Origin: Minisyncoccota bacterium
GTDB taxonomy: Bacteria; Patescibacteriota; Minisyncoccia; Phycocordibacterales; Phycocordibacteraceae
Reading direction: 5' to 3'
DNA: 64,000 nucleotides
NCBI GenBank assembly: GCA_036399335.1
Contig: DASWNF010000010.1
Location: 4,066 to 68,065, forward strand
The notes under the pieces were generated by a model, which was given only the letters and a program-made list of their open reading frames with translations, did no database searches and was not told where the DNA came from. Positions within the stretch are counted from its first letter, which is position 1; each line of letters starts with the position of its first letter. A program made the translations under genes and the position numbers. This document shows positions 56,441-64,000 of the stretch, piece by piece.

Positions 56441-58105
56441 ATGAGGTTCCGCAGGCGCCGCACGTACAAGCATTTGGAGCTCGCTCCGGATGAGATCTTC
56501 CTCGACTCGAGCAACCTGCCCGAGTTCAACCAGGGCAGCCTCGAGGGGCGCCTCGAGCGGCCTATTTCCCGCGGCTCGTACCTCGGCATCGCCGGCTTCA
56601 TCGGGCTTATCTTCATCACGCTCGTCGCGCAGGCGGCGAACCTGGAAATACTCCAAGGGGAAAAATACGCGAACCAGAGCGAGCGGAACCGCCTCCGCCC
56701 CGAAGTAATTTTTGCGAAACGCGGCGCCATCATGGACCGGAACGGCGAATCGCTGGTATCGAACATCGAAGAGGCAGGGCAGGTACGCCGCATATACGAG
56801 GCTCCCGGCTTCGCGCATCTCCTCGGCTACGTCTCGTACCCGAAGAAAGACTCCTCGGGTAACTACTACGACACGGACATCACGGGGCTCGCCGGAGCGG
56901 AGAGCGCCTTTAACGGCACGCTCGCAGGTGAGAACGGCACGCTCCTCGTCGAAGAGGACGCGCGCGGCGATATACAATCGCAGGGAAGCGTGAAGCCCGT
57001 AAAGCACGGCGCACCCGTAACCCTCTCCATCGACTCCCGTGCCCAGCGCGCCTTCTATGACGCCATCCGCGGGCTCGCCGACCGCACGCCCTTCCAAGGA
57101 GGGGCTGCCGTCCTCATGGACGTCGAGACGGGGGAAGTGCACGCCCTGGTCTCGTATCCCGAATACGACCCGAACATCCTCTCGAAGGGTACGCCGGGCG
57201 ATGTCATTGGCGGCTACGCGAACGATTCGCGCCAGCCATACCTCGACCGCGCCATTTCCGGGCTCTATACGCCGGGTTCCATCGTGAAGCCTATGGAATC
57301 GGCCGGCGCCATTTCGGACGGGCTCATCAGTCCCGACAAGCAGATCTATTCGGCCGGGTACATTTCCATACCCAATCCCTATGATCCGTCGCGCCCCTCT
57401 ATCTTCAAGGACTGGAAAGCGCACGGCTGGGTCGACGCACGCCGCGCAATCGCCGTATCCTCCGATGTTTATTACTACGCTGTCGGGGGCGGGTTTGAAG
57501 ACCAGCGCGGCCTCGGCATCGAGCGCCTGAACTACTGGTTCCGCGCCTTCGGGTTTACGAGCCCGACGGGCATCGAGCTTGCGAACGAGGCGTCGGGCAT
57601 CGTGCCGACCCCCGAGTGGAAGGAGAAGCGTTTCGGCGAACCGTGGCGCCTGGGCGATACGTACAACACCTCAATCGGCCAGTACGGCATGCAGGTGACG
57701 GTAATGGAAACGGCACGCGCCGTTGCTGCCGTCGCAAACGGCGGACGCCTCGTGCGCCCCAGCATCCTCATGGGCCAAACGTCGGCCGGAGAGCGCATAG
57801 ACATTAGCGCGGACGCGCTCAGAATTGCCCGCGAAGGCATGCGCCTCGGCGTTACCGAAGGCACGTCAGTCGGGCTCAATCCTATTCCCGGACGCCTTGC
57901 CGGGAAGACCGGTACGGCGCAGCTCGGCGTCAATAACGAGTTCTACAACATGTGGGCCGTCGGCTTCTGGCCGTACGAGCGCCCGAAATATGCCTACGTC
58001 GTCCTCATGGACCGGGGGCCGGCAGGGACCTCGGTAGGCGCCGTGTACGCGACCTACCAGGCCCTTTCGACCCTAAACCAGACCGCGCCCGAGTATTTCA
58101 AGTAA
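56441..58105 (+). CDS. mrdA: Penicillin-binding protein 2 (elongasome transpeptidase)
   Basis: TPGSIVKP (SxxK), SSD (SxN), KTGTAQ (KTG) motifs; N-terminal TM and dimerisation domain. Confidence 0.85.
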   Translation: MRFRRRRTYKHLELAPDEIFLDSSNLPEFNQGSLEGRLERPISRGSYLGIAGFIGLIFITLVAQAANLEILQGEKYANQSERNRLRPEVIFAKRGAIMDRNGESLVSNIEEAGQVRRIYEAPGFAHLLGYVSYPKKDSSGNYYDTDITGLAGAESAFNGTLAGENGTLLVEEDARGDIQSQGSVKPVKHGAPVTLSIDSRAQRAFYDAIRGLADRTPFQGGAAVLMDVETGEVHALVSYPEYDPNILSKGTPGDVIGGYANDSRQPYLDRAISGLYTPGSIVKPMESAGAISDGLISPDKQIYSAGYISIPNPYDPSRPSIFKDWKAHGWVDARRAIAVSSDVYYYAVGGGFEDQRGLGIERLNYWFRAFGFTSPTGIELANEASGIVPTPEWKEKRFGEPWRLGDTYNTSIGQYGMQVTVMETARAVAAVANGGRLVRPSILMGQTSAGERIDISADALRIAREGMRLGVTEGTSVGLNPIPGRLAGKTGTAQLGVNNEFYNMWAVGFWPYERPKYAYVVLMDRGPAGTSVGAVYATYQALSTLNQTAPEYFK

Positions 58106-58178
58106 TAGGGAAGGCTTGGGCTATTTGACGCCCTGTCCGCGCCACGTAGAATACAGGTACGTATTTCATAAAATCCAC

Positions 58179-58649
58179 ATGACCGAGCAAGAAACAATGG
58201 TGAGCCAGGAGAAGTTCGACGAGATGGTGAAGGAGCTTGAGAACCTGAAGACCGTACGCCGCACGGAGATCGCCAAGAACCTCGAGTATGCCCGTTCGCT
58301 CGGCGACCTTTCCGAGAACGCCGAATACCAGGAGGCACGCGAACTCCAGGCTGCTACCGAAGAGCGCATCCGCAAGCTCGAAGAGCTGGTAAAGCGCGCG
58401 AAGATCGTCACCGACGGGAAGAAGAAGGACATCGTCGGTTTCGGTTCAGTCGTCTCAATCAAGAAGGACGGCACGAACGAAGCCCACCAGTACACCATCG
58501 TCGGCAGCGAGGAGGCGGACATGCGCGTCCACAAGCTCTCCCACGTCTCACCGCTCGGTGCCGCGCTCATGGGCAAGAAGAAGGGCGAAGTATTCACCTT
58601 CGAGACCCCAAACGGCAAACAGACCTACACCATCGAGAAGGTCGCGTAA
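58179..58649 (+). CDS. greA: Transcription elongation factor GreA
   Basis: Coiled-coil N-terminal domain with the acidic tip LGDLSENAEY, C-terminal FKBP-like domain. Confidence 0.85.
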   Translation: MTEQETMVSQEKFDEMVKELENLKTVRRTEIAKNLEYARSLGDLSENAEYQEARELQAATEERIRKLEELVKRAKIVTDGKKKDIVGFGSVVSIKKDGTNEAHQYTIVGSEEADMRVHKLSHVSPLGAALMGKKKGEVFTFETPNGKQTYTIEKVA

Positions 58650-58651
58650 TA

Positions 58652-58676
58652 CGTAATACGTAATACGTAATGCGGG
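58652..58676. repeat. Short tandem repeat (TACGTAA)x3.5
   Basis: aatacgtaatacgtaatacgtaatgcg immediately after the greA stop. Confidence 0.8.
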
Positions 58677-58724
58677 AGTTCGCCGCGCGCATCGCTCGGG
58701 CTTCGCGTGGTAGGCTAGCGATAT

Positions 58725-60623
58725 ATGTCGACCTTGGAAACGATTCGTCAGGAGAGGCTTGAAAAGCTGAACGGCCTGCGGGAGCGGGGTATGGACCCGT
58801 ACCCGGCAACGACCGTACGCACGCATACCGTCGACCAGTACCTCGCCGACCACGCTCTCTTAATGGAAGGGAAGGGCGAGGTTATCCTGGCCGGACGCCT
58901 TATGTCCATACGCGACCAGGGCGGGGTGATCTTTGCCGACATTGCGGACGGTACGGGGAAGGCGCAGCTCGTGCTCCAGGCTGACGTGCTTGGCGATGAC
59001 CTCCTCAGCCTGTTTGGCTCGCATGTCGATGCGAGCGACATCATCGAAGCCACGGGCACGGCCTTTACGACGGAACGCGGCACGCCGTCCCTTTTACTGC
59101 GAAGCTGGCGCATGCTCGCGAAGTCCCTGCAGCCGGTACCCGACCAGTGGTTTGGGATAAAGGATGAGGATGAGCGCTACCGTAAGCGCTATCTCGACAT
59201 ACTCCTGTCTCAGGATATCGCTGACCGCATCCGCCGCCGTTCGCTCTTTTGGAATACGATGCGCTCATTCCTCCTTGCGCGTGGCTTTATTGAAGTTGAG
59301 ACGCCAACGCTTGAAACCACTACCGGGGGCGCTGACGCCCGCCCGTTCGTTACGCACCACAATGCGCTTGATATCGACGTCTACCTCCGCATCTCCGCAG
59401 GGGAGCTGTGGCAGAAGCGGCTCATGGTCGCCGGCCTCCCGAAGGTATTCGAGATCGGGCGCATTTTCCGCAACGAAGGCATGTCCTTTGAGCATCTCCA
59501 GGACTATACGCAGCTCGAATTCTACGAGGCATTTTCGGACTACCGCGAAGGTATGCGCATGGTCACGGAGCTCTATCGCACTATCGCGAAGGAGGTCTAC
59601 GGGACCAGCGTCTTTACGGTAAAAGATTTCACCGTCGACCTCGGCCGCGAATGGGAACTCTATGATTACTGTTCGCTTATCAAGGAAGCCTTCGGCGTCG
59701 ACCCGCTCGCCACGGATGCTGCAGCCGTCGCCCTCGCCTTGGGCGCGCAGGGCATCGCCTATGAAAAAGAAGGCCTTAACCTGGAGCGCGGCGTGGACTT
59801 GCTCTGGAAGCACCTGCGCAAAGGGCTTTCGGGCCCCGGCTTCCTCATAAACGTCCCCGCATACCTCGAGCCGCTCGCCAAAAGAAGCGCAAAGGATAAC
59901 CGCGTCGTCGAGCGCTTCCAGGTGCTCATCGCGGGTTCCGAGATGGGCAAGGGATTCAGCGAGCTTAACGATCCCGTGGACCAGGCGGGGCGGTTCCAGC
60001 ACCAGCAGGCGCTCCGCGACGGCGGAGACGCCGAGGCGCAGATGAACGATGCTTCGTACGTTGAGGCGCTCGAATACGGCATGCCCCCGGCCTTCGGCTT
60101 CGGCGTCTCGGAACGGCTCTTCAGCTTCCTCGAAGGGGTGTCGGTCCGCGAGGGCCAGATATTCCCGCTCATGCGTCCGAAGGGCGCGGTCCGCACGAAG
60201 GACAAGGAACGCCGCGTCGCGGTTGCCGTGATACGCCGCGAGGGGCTCGCGCCTTGGCAGGTACTCAATACGGTCGCGCACCTTACGGCCGAGCTCGGTA
60301 TCCGTGAAGGGCAGTCGCTTCTCACCCAAGACTCGATCAGTACCGCAGACGGTGCGCGCATCCCGCTTAACATGCGGCACGCCATCATGGTGAAGGAGAG
60401 CCCTGAGACCGCCCCGCTCGCGGTGCTCCTCAAGGCTGCGCAGGCAGAAGGCCTCCAGGTTGCTGCCTTTACCCGCGAGATGCTCGAGACGACGAACGAC
60501 AAGAAGATAATCGAGGAGACGGCCCGAAAGGATTTTCATGATATTGAGCTCCTCGGCGTGCTCGTCTTCGGACCGTCGTCGGCTATCGAGCCGCTCACCG
60601 AGCAGTTCCCGTTGTACGCGTAA
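58725..60623 (+). CDS. lysS: Lysyl-tRNA synthetase (class II) fused to a C-terminal PTH2-like (peptidyl-tRNA hydrolase 2 fold) domain
   Basis: N-terminal OB anticodon-binding domain plus class II core (FRNEGMSFEHLQDYTQLEFY, GFSELNDP, GMPPAFGFGVSERL). The ~150-aa C-terminal extension (RRVAVAVIRREGLAPWQVLNTVAHLTA..AIMVKESPETAPLAVLLKAAQAEGLQVAAF..LGVLVFGPSSAIEPLTEQFPLY) resembles PTH2 ([59 protein letters not shown]). Confidence 0.75.
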   Translation: MSTLETIRQERLEKLNGLRERGMDPYPATTVRTHTVDQYLADHALLMEGKGEVILAGRLMSIRDQGGVIFADIADGTGKAQLVLQADVLGDDLLSLFGSHVDASDIIEATGTAFTTERGTPSLLLRSWRMLAKSLQPVPDQWFGIKDEDERYRKRYLDILLSQDIADRIRRRSLFWNTMRSFLLARGFIEVETPTLETTTGGADARPFVTHHNALDIDVYLRISAGELWQKRLMVAGLPKVFEIGRIFRNEGMSFEHLQDYTQLEFYEAFSDYREGMRMVTELYRTIAKEVYGTSVFTVKDFTVDLGREWELYDYCSLIKEAFGVDPLATDAAAVALALGAQGIAYEKEGLNLERGVDLLWKHLRKGLSGPGFLINVPAYLEPLAKRSAKDNRVVERFQVLIAGSEMGKGFSELNDPVDQAGRFQHQQALRDGGDAEAQMNDASYVEALEYGMPPAFGFGVSERLFSFLEGVSVREGQIFPLMRPKGAVRTKDKERRVAVAVIRREGLAPWQVLNTVAHLTAELGIREGQSLLTQDSISTADGARIPLNMRHAIMVKESPETAPLAVLLKAAQAEGLQVAAFTREMLETTNDKKIIEETARKDFHDIELLGVLVFGPSSAIEPLTEQFPLYA

Positions 60624-60713
60624 GTAACGTTCGCAGATGGAAGGTATAAGAATAGGCGGTCCCGTGAGGGACCGCCTGGTTCGTAGAGGGGCCTGTAGCC
60701 AGGCGTCCGATAA

Positions 60714-60908
60714 TTACGAGCTACCGTTATGGTAGTCCCGGTAGTCGGACGCGCAGGGCGGCGTCAGGCTCGGCAACGGCTCGGGAGGTGTCGCCTCGGT
60801 TTCGGGCTCCTGATTGCCGGCGCGCTGCGTCGCGGTGCTTGAACCGACCGGGCTGTGCCTGCGCACAGTCGGGACGTTGCCGTCGGAACGGCTTACATTC
60901 TCCGTCAT
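60714..60908 (-). CDS. Possible 64-aa small protein
   Basis: GAGAGGA SD 11 nt upstream of the ATG at 60906-60908 (minus strand); MTENVSRSDGNVPTVRRHSPVGSS... Confidence 0.3.
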   Translation of the reverse strand: MTENVSRSDGNVPTVRRHSPVGSSTATQRAGNQEPETEATPPEPLPSLTPPCASDYRDYHNGSS

Positions 60909-60981
60909 GGTCTTATTGTCCTCTCTAGCTGGACGCTGGCCCGTCCATTCGTCGAAGGTACGTCTTGTTGTCGGCCAGAAC

Positions 60982-61027
60982 AACAAGCGAAAACCCCGGG
61001 CCTTTCGGTCCGGGGTTTTCGCTTGTC
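60982..61027. terminator. Very stable 17-bp hairpin (terminator/insulator) between the lysS region and the mraZ cluster
   Basis: ACAAGCGAAAACCCCGG-gcctttcggt-CCGGGGTTTTCGCTTGT followed by CGTCCTTTTT. Confidence 0.6.
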
Positions 61028-61283
61028 GTCCTTTTTCTAACGTGGGGATTCAAGCGGAACGCGGACCGTCGCGGGACGGGCAAAGAGGATGTAGAAGAGG
61101 GTCCAGGTAGCTTCGCGAAGGGTCATACACGGAGCATACCCGACGCCTTGCCATCGGTCAAAATAGTTATCAACACCAAATGTTCATGTATGTGGGATGA
61201 AGTGGCATATACTGAGCAATAAGTGGGATGGAGTGGGAGACTCTAAAACCTCTTCAAATTCACAAAGAAATTCCTTTTTTACT

Positions 61284-61712
61284 ATGTTCATCGGAGAATA
61301 CCGCCACACATTCGACGCGAAGAATCGCATATCGCTTCCGTCAAAGTTCCGTAAGGAGCTCGGTGGTTCCGTAATTGTGACGCGCGGCCTCGATAAGTGC
61401 CTGTTTGTATACCCTTTGGCCGCATGGAAGAAAGAAGCAGAGAAGCTCGCACGGCATTCGACCGGCAATAGCGCCGGCCGGGGCCTTTCGCGCTTGATGC
61501 TCGCAGGCGCAAGCGAAGCCGATGTCGACTCGGCAGGGCGCATCCTTGTCCCTGATTACCTCAAGTCCTTCGCGGGGCTCGGGATAAAGGCCGTGATTGC
61601 AGGCGTTTCAGGTCGCGTCGAGCTTTGGGACGAGAAGTCCTGGACGCTCTACACCAAGCAAATAGAGAAGAATGCCGACGCCTTTGCCGAGTCCCTTATG
61701 CTCACCGATTAG
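61284..61712 (+). CDS. mraZ: Transcriptional regulator MraZ
   Basis: MFIGEYRHTFDAKNRISLPSKFR, duplicated SpoVT/AbrB-like halves; first gene of the division/cell-wall cluster. Confidence 0.85.
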   Translation: MFIGEYRHTFDAKNRISLPSKFRKELGGSVIVTRGLDKCLFVYPLAAWKKEAEKLARHSTGNSAGRGLSRLMLAGASEADVDSAGRILVPDYLKSFAGLGIKAVIAGVSGRVELWDEKSWTLYTKQIEKNADAFAESLMLTD

Positions 61713-61714
61713 CT

Positions 61715-62671
61715 ATGGAAGCACGCCACGACACCGTCCTCCTCACCGAAGCCATTGATGGTCTCGCTATCGAGGCTGGCGACGTGGTCGTGGACGGCAC
61801 GATAGGCGGTGCCGGCCACTTCGGCTCCATATATGACAAGCTCGGTCCTGATGGCGTCCTCATCGGCATCGACGCCGACCAGGACGCCATCGCCCGTGCC
61901 GAGGCGCGCGTAGCAGGGAAGCAGGGACCGCGCGTCATGCTCGCGAACGACAATTTCCGTAATTTGGGCGCGATACTCGATAAGGCAGGCGCCGAGCGCA
62001 TGGACCGCGCGCTCTTTGACCTCGGCTGGAGCGGATTCCATCTCGAGAGCGGGCGCGGTTTCTCCTTCCAGACCCACGAGCCGCTCATCATGACCTACGG
62101 CATGCCGGGGGAAGGGGAGAGTGCCGCAGAGTTGGTGAATTCAGCGACCGAAGAGTATCTCGCGGACGTGCTTTACACGTACGGCGAAGAACGTTTTGCC
62201 CGCGGTATCGCGAAGTCAATCGTGCGCACCCGCAAAGAGCACACGATCATGACCACGGACGACCTCGTCGCAGCCGTCGAGGCGGGCACGCCGTCCTGGT
62301 ACCACCACCGGAGGCTCCATCCCGCAACGAAGACGTTCCAGGCGCTCCGCATTGCCGTGAACGATGAGCTCGGTGCGATACGCGAAGGCCTGACGACGGC
62401 TATCGACCGCCTCGCGTGCCATGGGCGCATCGCCGTCATCACCTTCCACAGTATCGAAGACCGCATCGTGAAGCAGATGTTCCGTGATGCCGCGCATGCA
62501 GGGAAGGGGTCGCTCGTTAACCGGAAGCCCCTCATGCCGTCGCCCGAAGAGACCAAGGCAAACCCGCGCGCGCGCAGCGCGAAGCTCCGCATCTTCTCGG
62601 CGACGCCCGAAGGCGCAGCTTACGCATCCATGTCGCTCGTTGGGCCCATGGCCGCCATTTCATACCTATGA
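61715..62671 (+). CDS. rsmH: 16S rRNA (cytosine1402-N4)-methyltransferase RsmH (MraW)
   Basis: VDGTIGGAGH, DLGWSG, FHSIEDRIVK motifs. Confidence 0.85.
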   Translation: MEARHDTVLLTEAIDGLAIEAGDVVVDGTIGGAGHFGSIYDKLGPDGVLIGIDADQDAIARAEARVAGKQGPRVMLANDNFRNLGAILDKAGAERMDRALFDLGWSGFHLESGRGFSFQTHEPLIMTYGMPGEGESAAELVNSATEEYLADVLYTYGEERFARGIAKSIVRTRKEHTIMTTDDLVAAVEAGTPSWYHHRRLHPATKTFQALRIAVNDELGAIREGLTTAIDRLACHGRIAVITFHSIEDRIVKQMFRDAAHAGKGSLVNRKPLMPSPEETKANPRARSAKLRIFSATPEGAAYASMSLVGPMAAISYL

Positions 62672-62982
62672 GGAAACACCCCGCAACTGCCTTCGTGATG
62701 CCGGACCGCACGGTACCCGTCCTCGCGCTCCTCGCGGGCTTCCTGGTCGTGGTCTACATCGCCGTCATGCTGACGACCATCTTCTTTGCCGCCTGGCAGA
62801 CGCAGCTCGCGCGCGGCATCGACGACACCCGCGAGCGCATCCATGACCTTGAGCGCGAATACTACACGGCAATCGCCAAGATCGACTCCACCGACCCCAT
62901 GTCCGTCGGGCTCGTCGCACCTTCAAAGATCGAGTACGTCGTTGCAGCGCGCGTACCCGGCCTTACGTTCGCTGACCGCTAG
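62668..62982 (+). CDS. ftsL: Cell division protein FtsL-like
   Basis: Single TM plus coiled coil; conserved position between rsmH and ftsI; overlaps the rsmH stop. Confidence 0.6.
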   Translation: MRKHPATAFVMPDRTVPVLALLAGFLVVVYIAVMLTTIFFAAWQTQLARGIDDTRERIHDLEREYYTAIAKIDSTDPMSVGLVAPSKIEYVVAARVPGLTFADR

Positions 62983-62995
62983 GCTATGCGCAGGG

Positions 62996-64000
62996 CATAT
63001 CGCTTGCGTCTCCGGGTCGTCTCCATCGGCGTCATCGCCTTCGCGCTCCTCCTGGCATCACGGCTTTATTTCGTACAGGTAGTGCAGGGCGAGGAGTTTG
63101 CGCTCCGCGCCGAGCGGCAGTACGTGAGCTCGTCCCAGAAGCTTTTCAATCGCGGCTCCATTTATTTCACCCGCAAGGACGGCACGCTCATCTCTGCGGC
63201 GACGCTCGAGAACGGCTTTATCCTCGCCATAGACCCGGACGCTATCCGGGACGCTGACACGGCCTACAAGGCGCTCGCGAAACACGTGCCCGACCTCGAC
63301 CGGGCGGCCTTCATGGCTGCAGCAGGCAAGGAGGACGACCCGTACGAGGTCATCCGCAGGCGCCTTTCGGACGACGTCGGCCGGGCTATCGATACGGAGG
63401 ACATACCGGGCGTCATAGTCGAGCGTGAGCGGTGGCGGAGCTATCCGGCAGGCGCACATGCCGCGCAATCCATCGGCATCATCGCCTATGATAACGACAA
63501 CACCATTGCCGGTAGGTTGGGCCTTGAGCGGTATTACAACGACGTGCTCACCCACGACGGGGAAGGCGTGTTCGGTAACTTCTTTGCCGAACTCTTCGCG
63601 AACCTCGACAGCGTCATCGTCGATGCGCGAAGCGCGCGCGAGGGCGACGTCATCACGGCGCTTGAGCCGGTGGCGCAGCAGAAGCTCGAACAGATACTGA
63701 AGGAAACGAATACCCGGTACGGGAGCCGTGAGACTGGCGGTATCATCATGGACCCGAAGACGGGCGAGATAGTCGCCATGGGGACGTACCCGTCGTTTGA
63801 CCCGAACAGCTTCCAGAGCGAAGACAGTGAGTACTTCGGTAACCCGCTCGTCGAGAAGCGCTATGAGTTCGGTTCCATCTTAAAGCCGCTCACGGTGACG
63901 GCCGGCCTCGATGCAGGCGTCATTACCCCCCAGACGACGTATAACGACACGGGCTGCATGACCCTCAATACGCGCGAGTTCTGTAACTATGACCTTAAGG
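62996..64000 (+). CDS. ftsI: Peptidoglycan D,D-transpeptidase FtsI (PBP3), N-terminal part (continues beyond the window)
   Basis: ATG at 62996; TM anchor; PBP dimerisation domain; GGIIMDPKTGEIVAMGTYPSFDPN just before the SxxK region; no stop codon before the window end. Confidence 0.75.

Noticed and set aside
60814-61222. Plus-strand ORFs 60814..61110, 60855..61040 and 60965..61222 between lysS and mraZ
   Set aside because: They span the strong 17-bp hairpin and have no RBS. The region is better explained as an intergenic terminator/promoter zone with one possible small minus-strand ORF.

Overview
High-GC (~60-65%) bacterial chromosomal segment, dominated by housekeeping genes with a compact, reduced-genome flavour (consistent with a small-genome lineage such as CPR/Patescibacteria, but not proven). 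Recognised genes by region: dnaE, rnhB, rpmF, a nusB-NUDIX fusion and rnc at the start; an SMC-like ATPase, rnr, and rpsP, a KH-domain gene and trmD in the 8-14.5 kb region; rpoB, rpoC, dnaG and rpoD in the 16-27 kb region; sppA, a ygjP-like gene, a large secreted subtilase and a UvrD-family helicase-nuclease in the 32.5-41 kb region; hisS, prmC, an RRM protein, an AOX-like protein next to an FAD-linked oxidase, an ABC-2 pair and proS in the 43-54 kb region; and mreBCD-mrdA, greA, lysS and mraZ-rsmH-ftsL-ftsI(partial) from 54 kb to the window end. Many genes end in clean rho-independent terminators. The stand-out region is a ~5.2 kb lower-GC island (about 27340-32560) wedged between rpoD and sppA. 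It carries three tightly coupled gene pairs: a beta-class DNA methyltransferase plus a putative restriction endonuclease; a membrane-anchored DUF2726 (restriction-endonuclease-fold) protein overlapping a HEPN-like (Rx4H) protein; and a SMODS-type pol-beta nucleotidyltransferase overlapping a 4-TM SLATT-like effector (a CBASS-like minimal signalling system). Other noteworthy items are a LysRS with a C-terminal PTH2-like domain, a NusB-NUDIX fusion, a long inverted repeat in the rnc leader, a possible tmRNA-like ncRNA after rnhB, and an AOX-like di-iron protein next to an FAD-linked oxidase. All functional calls come from motif recognition by eye, with no database search, and should be confirmed with HMM and BLAST searches.
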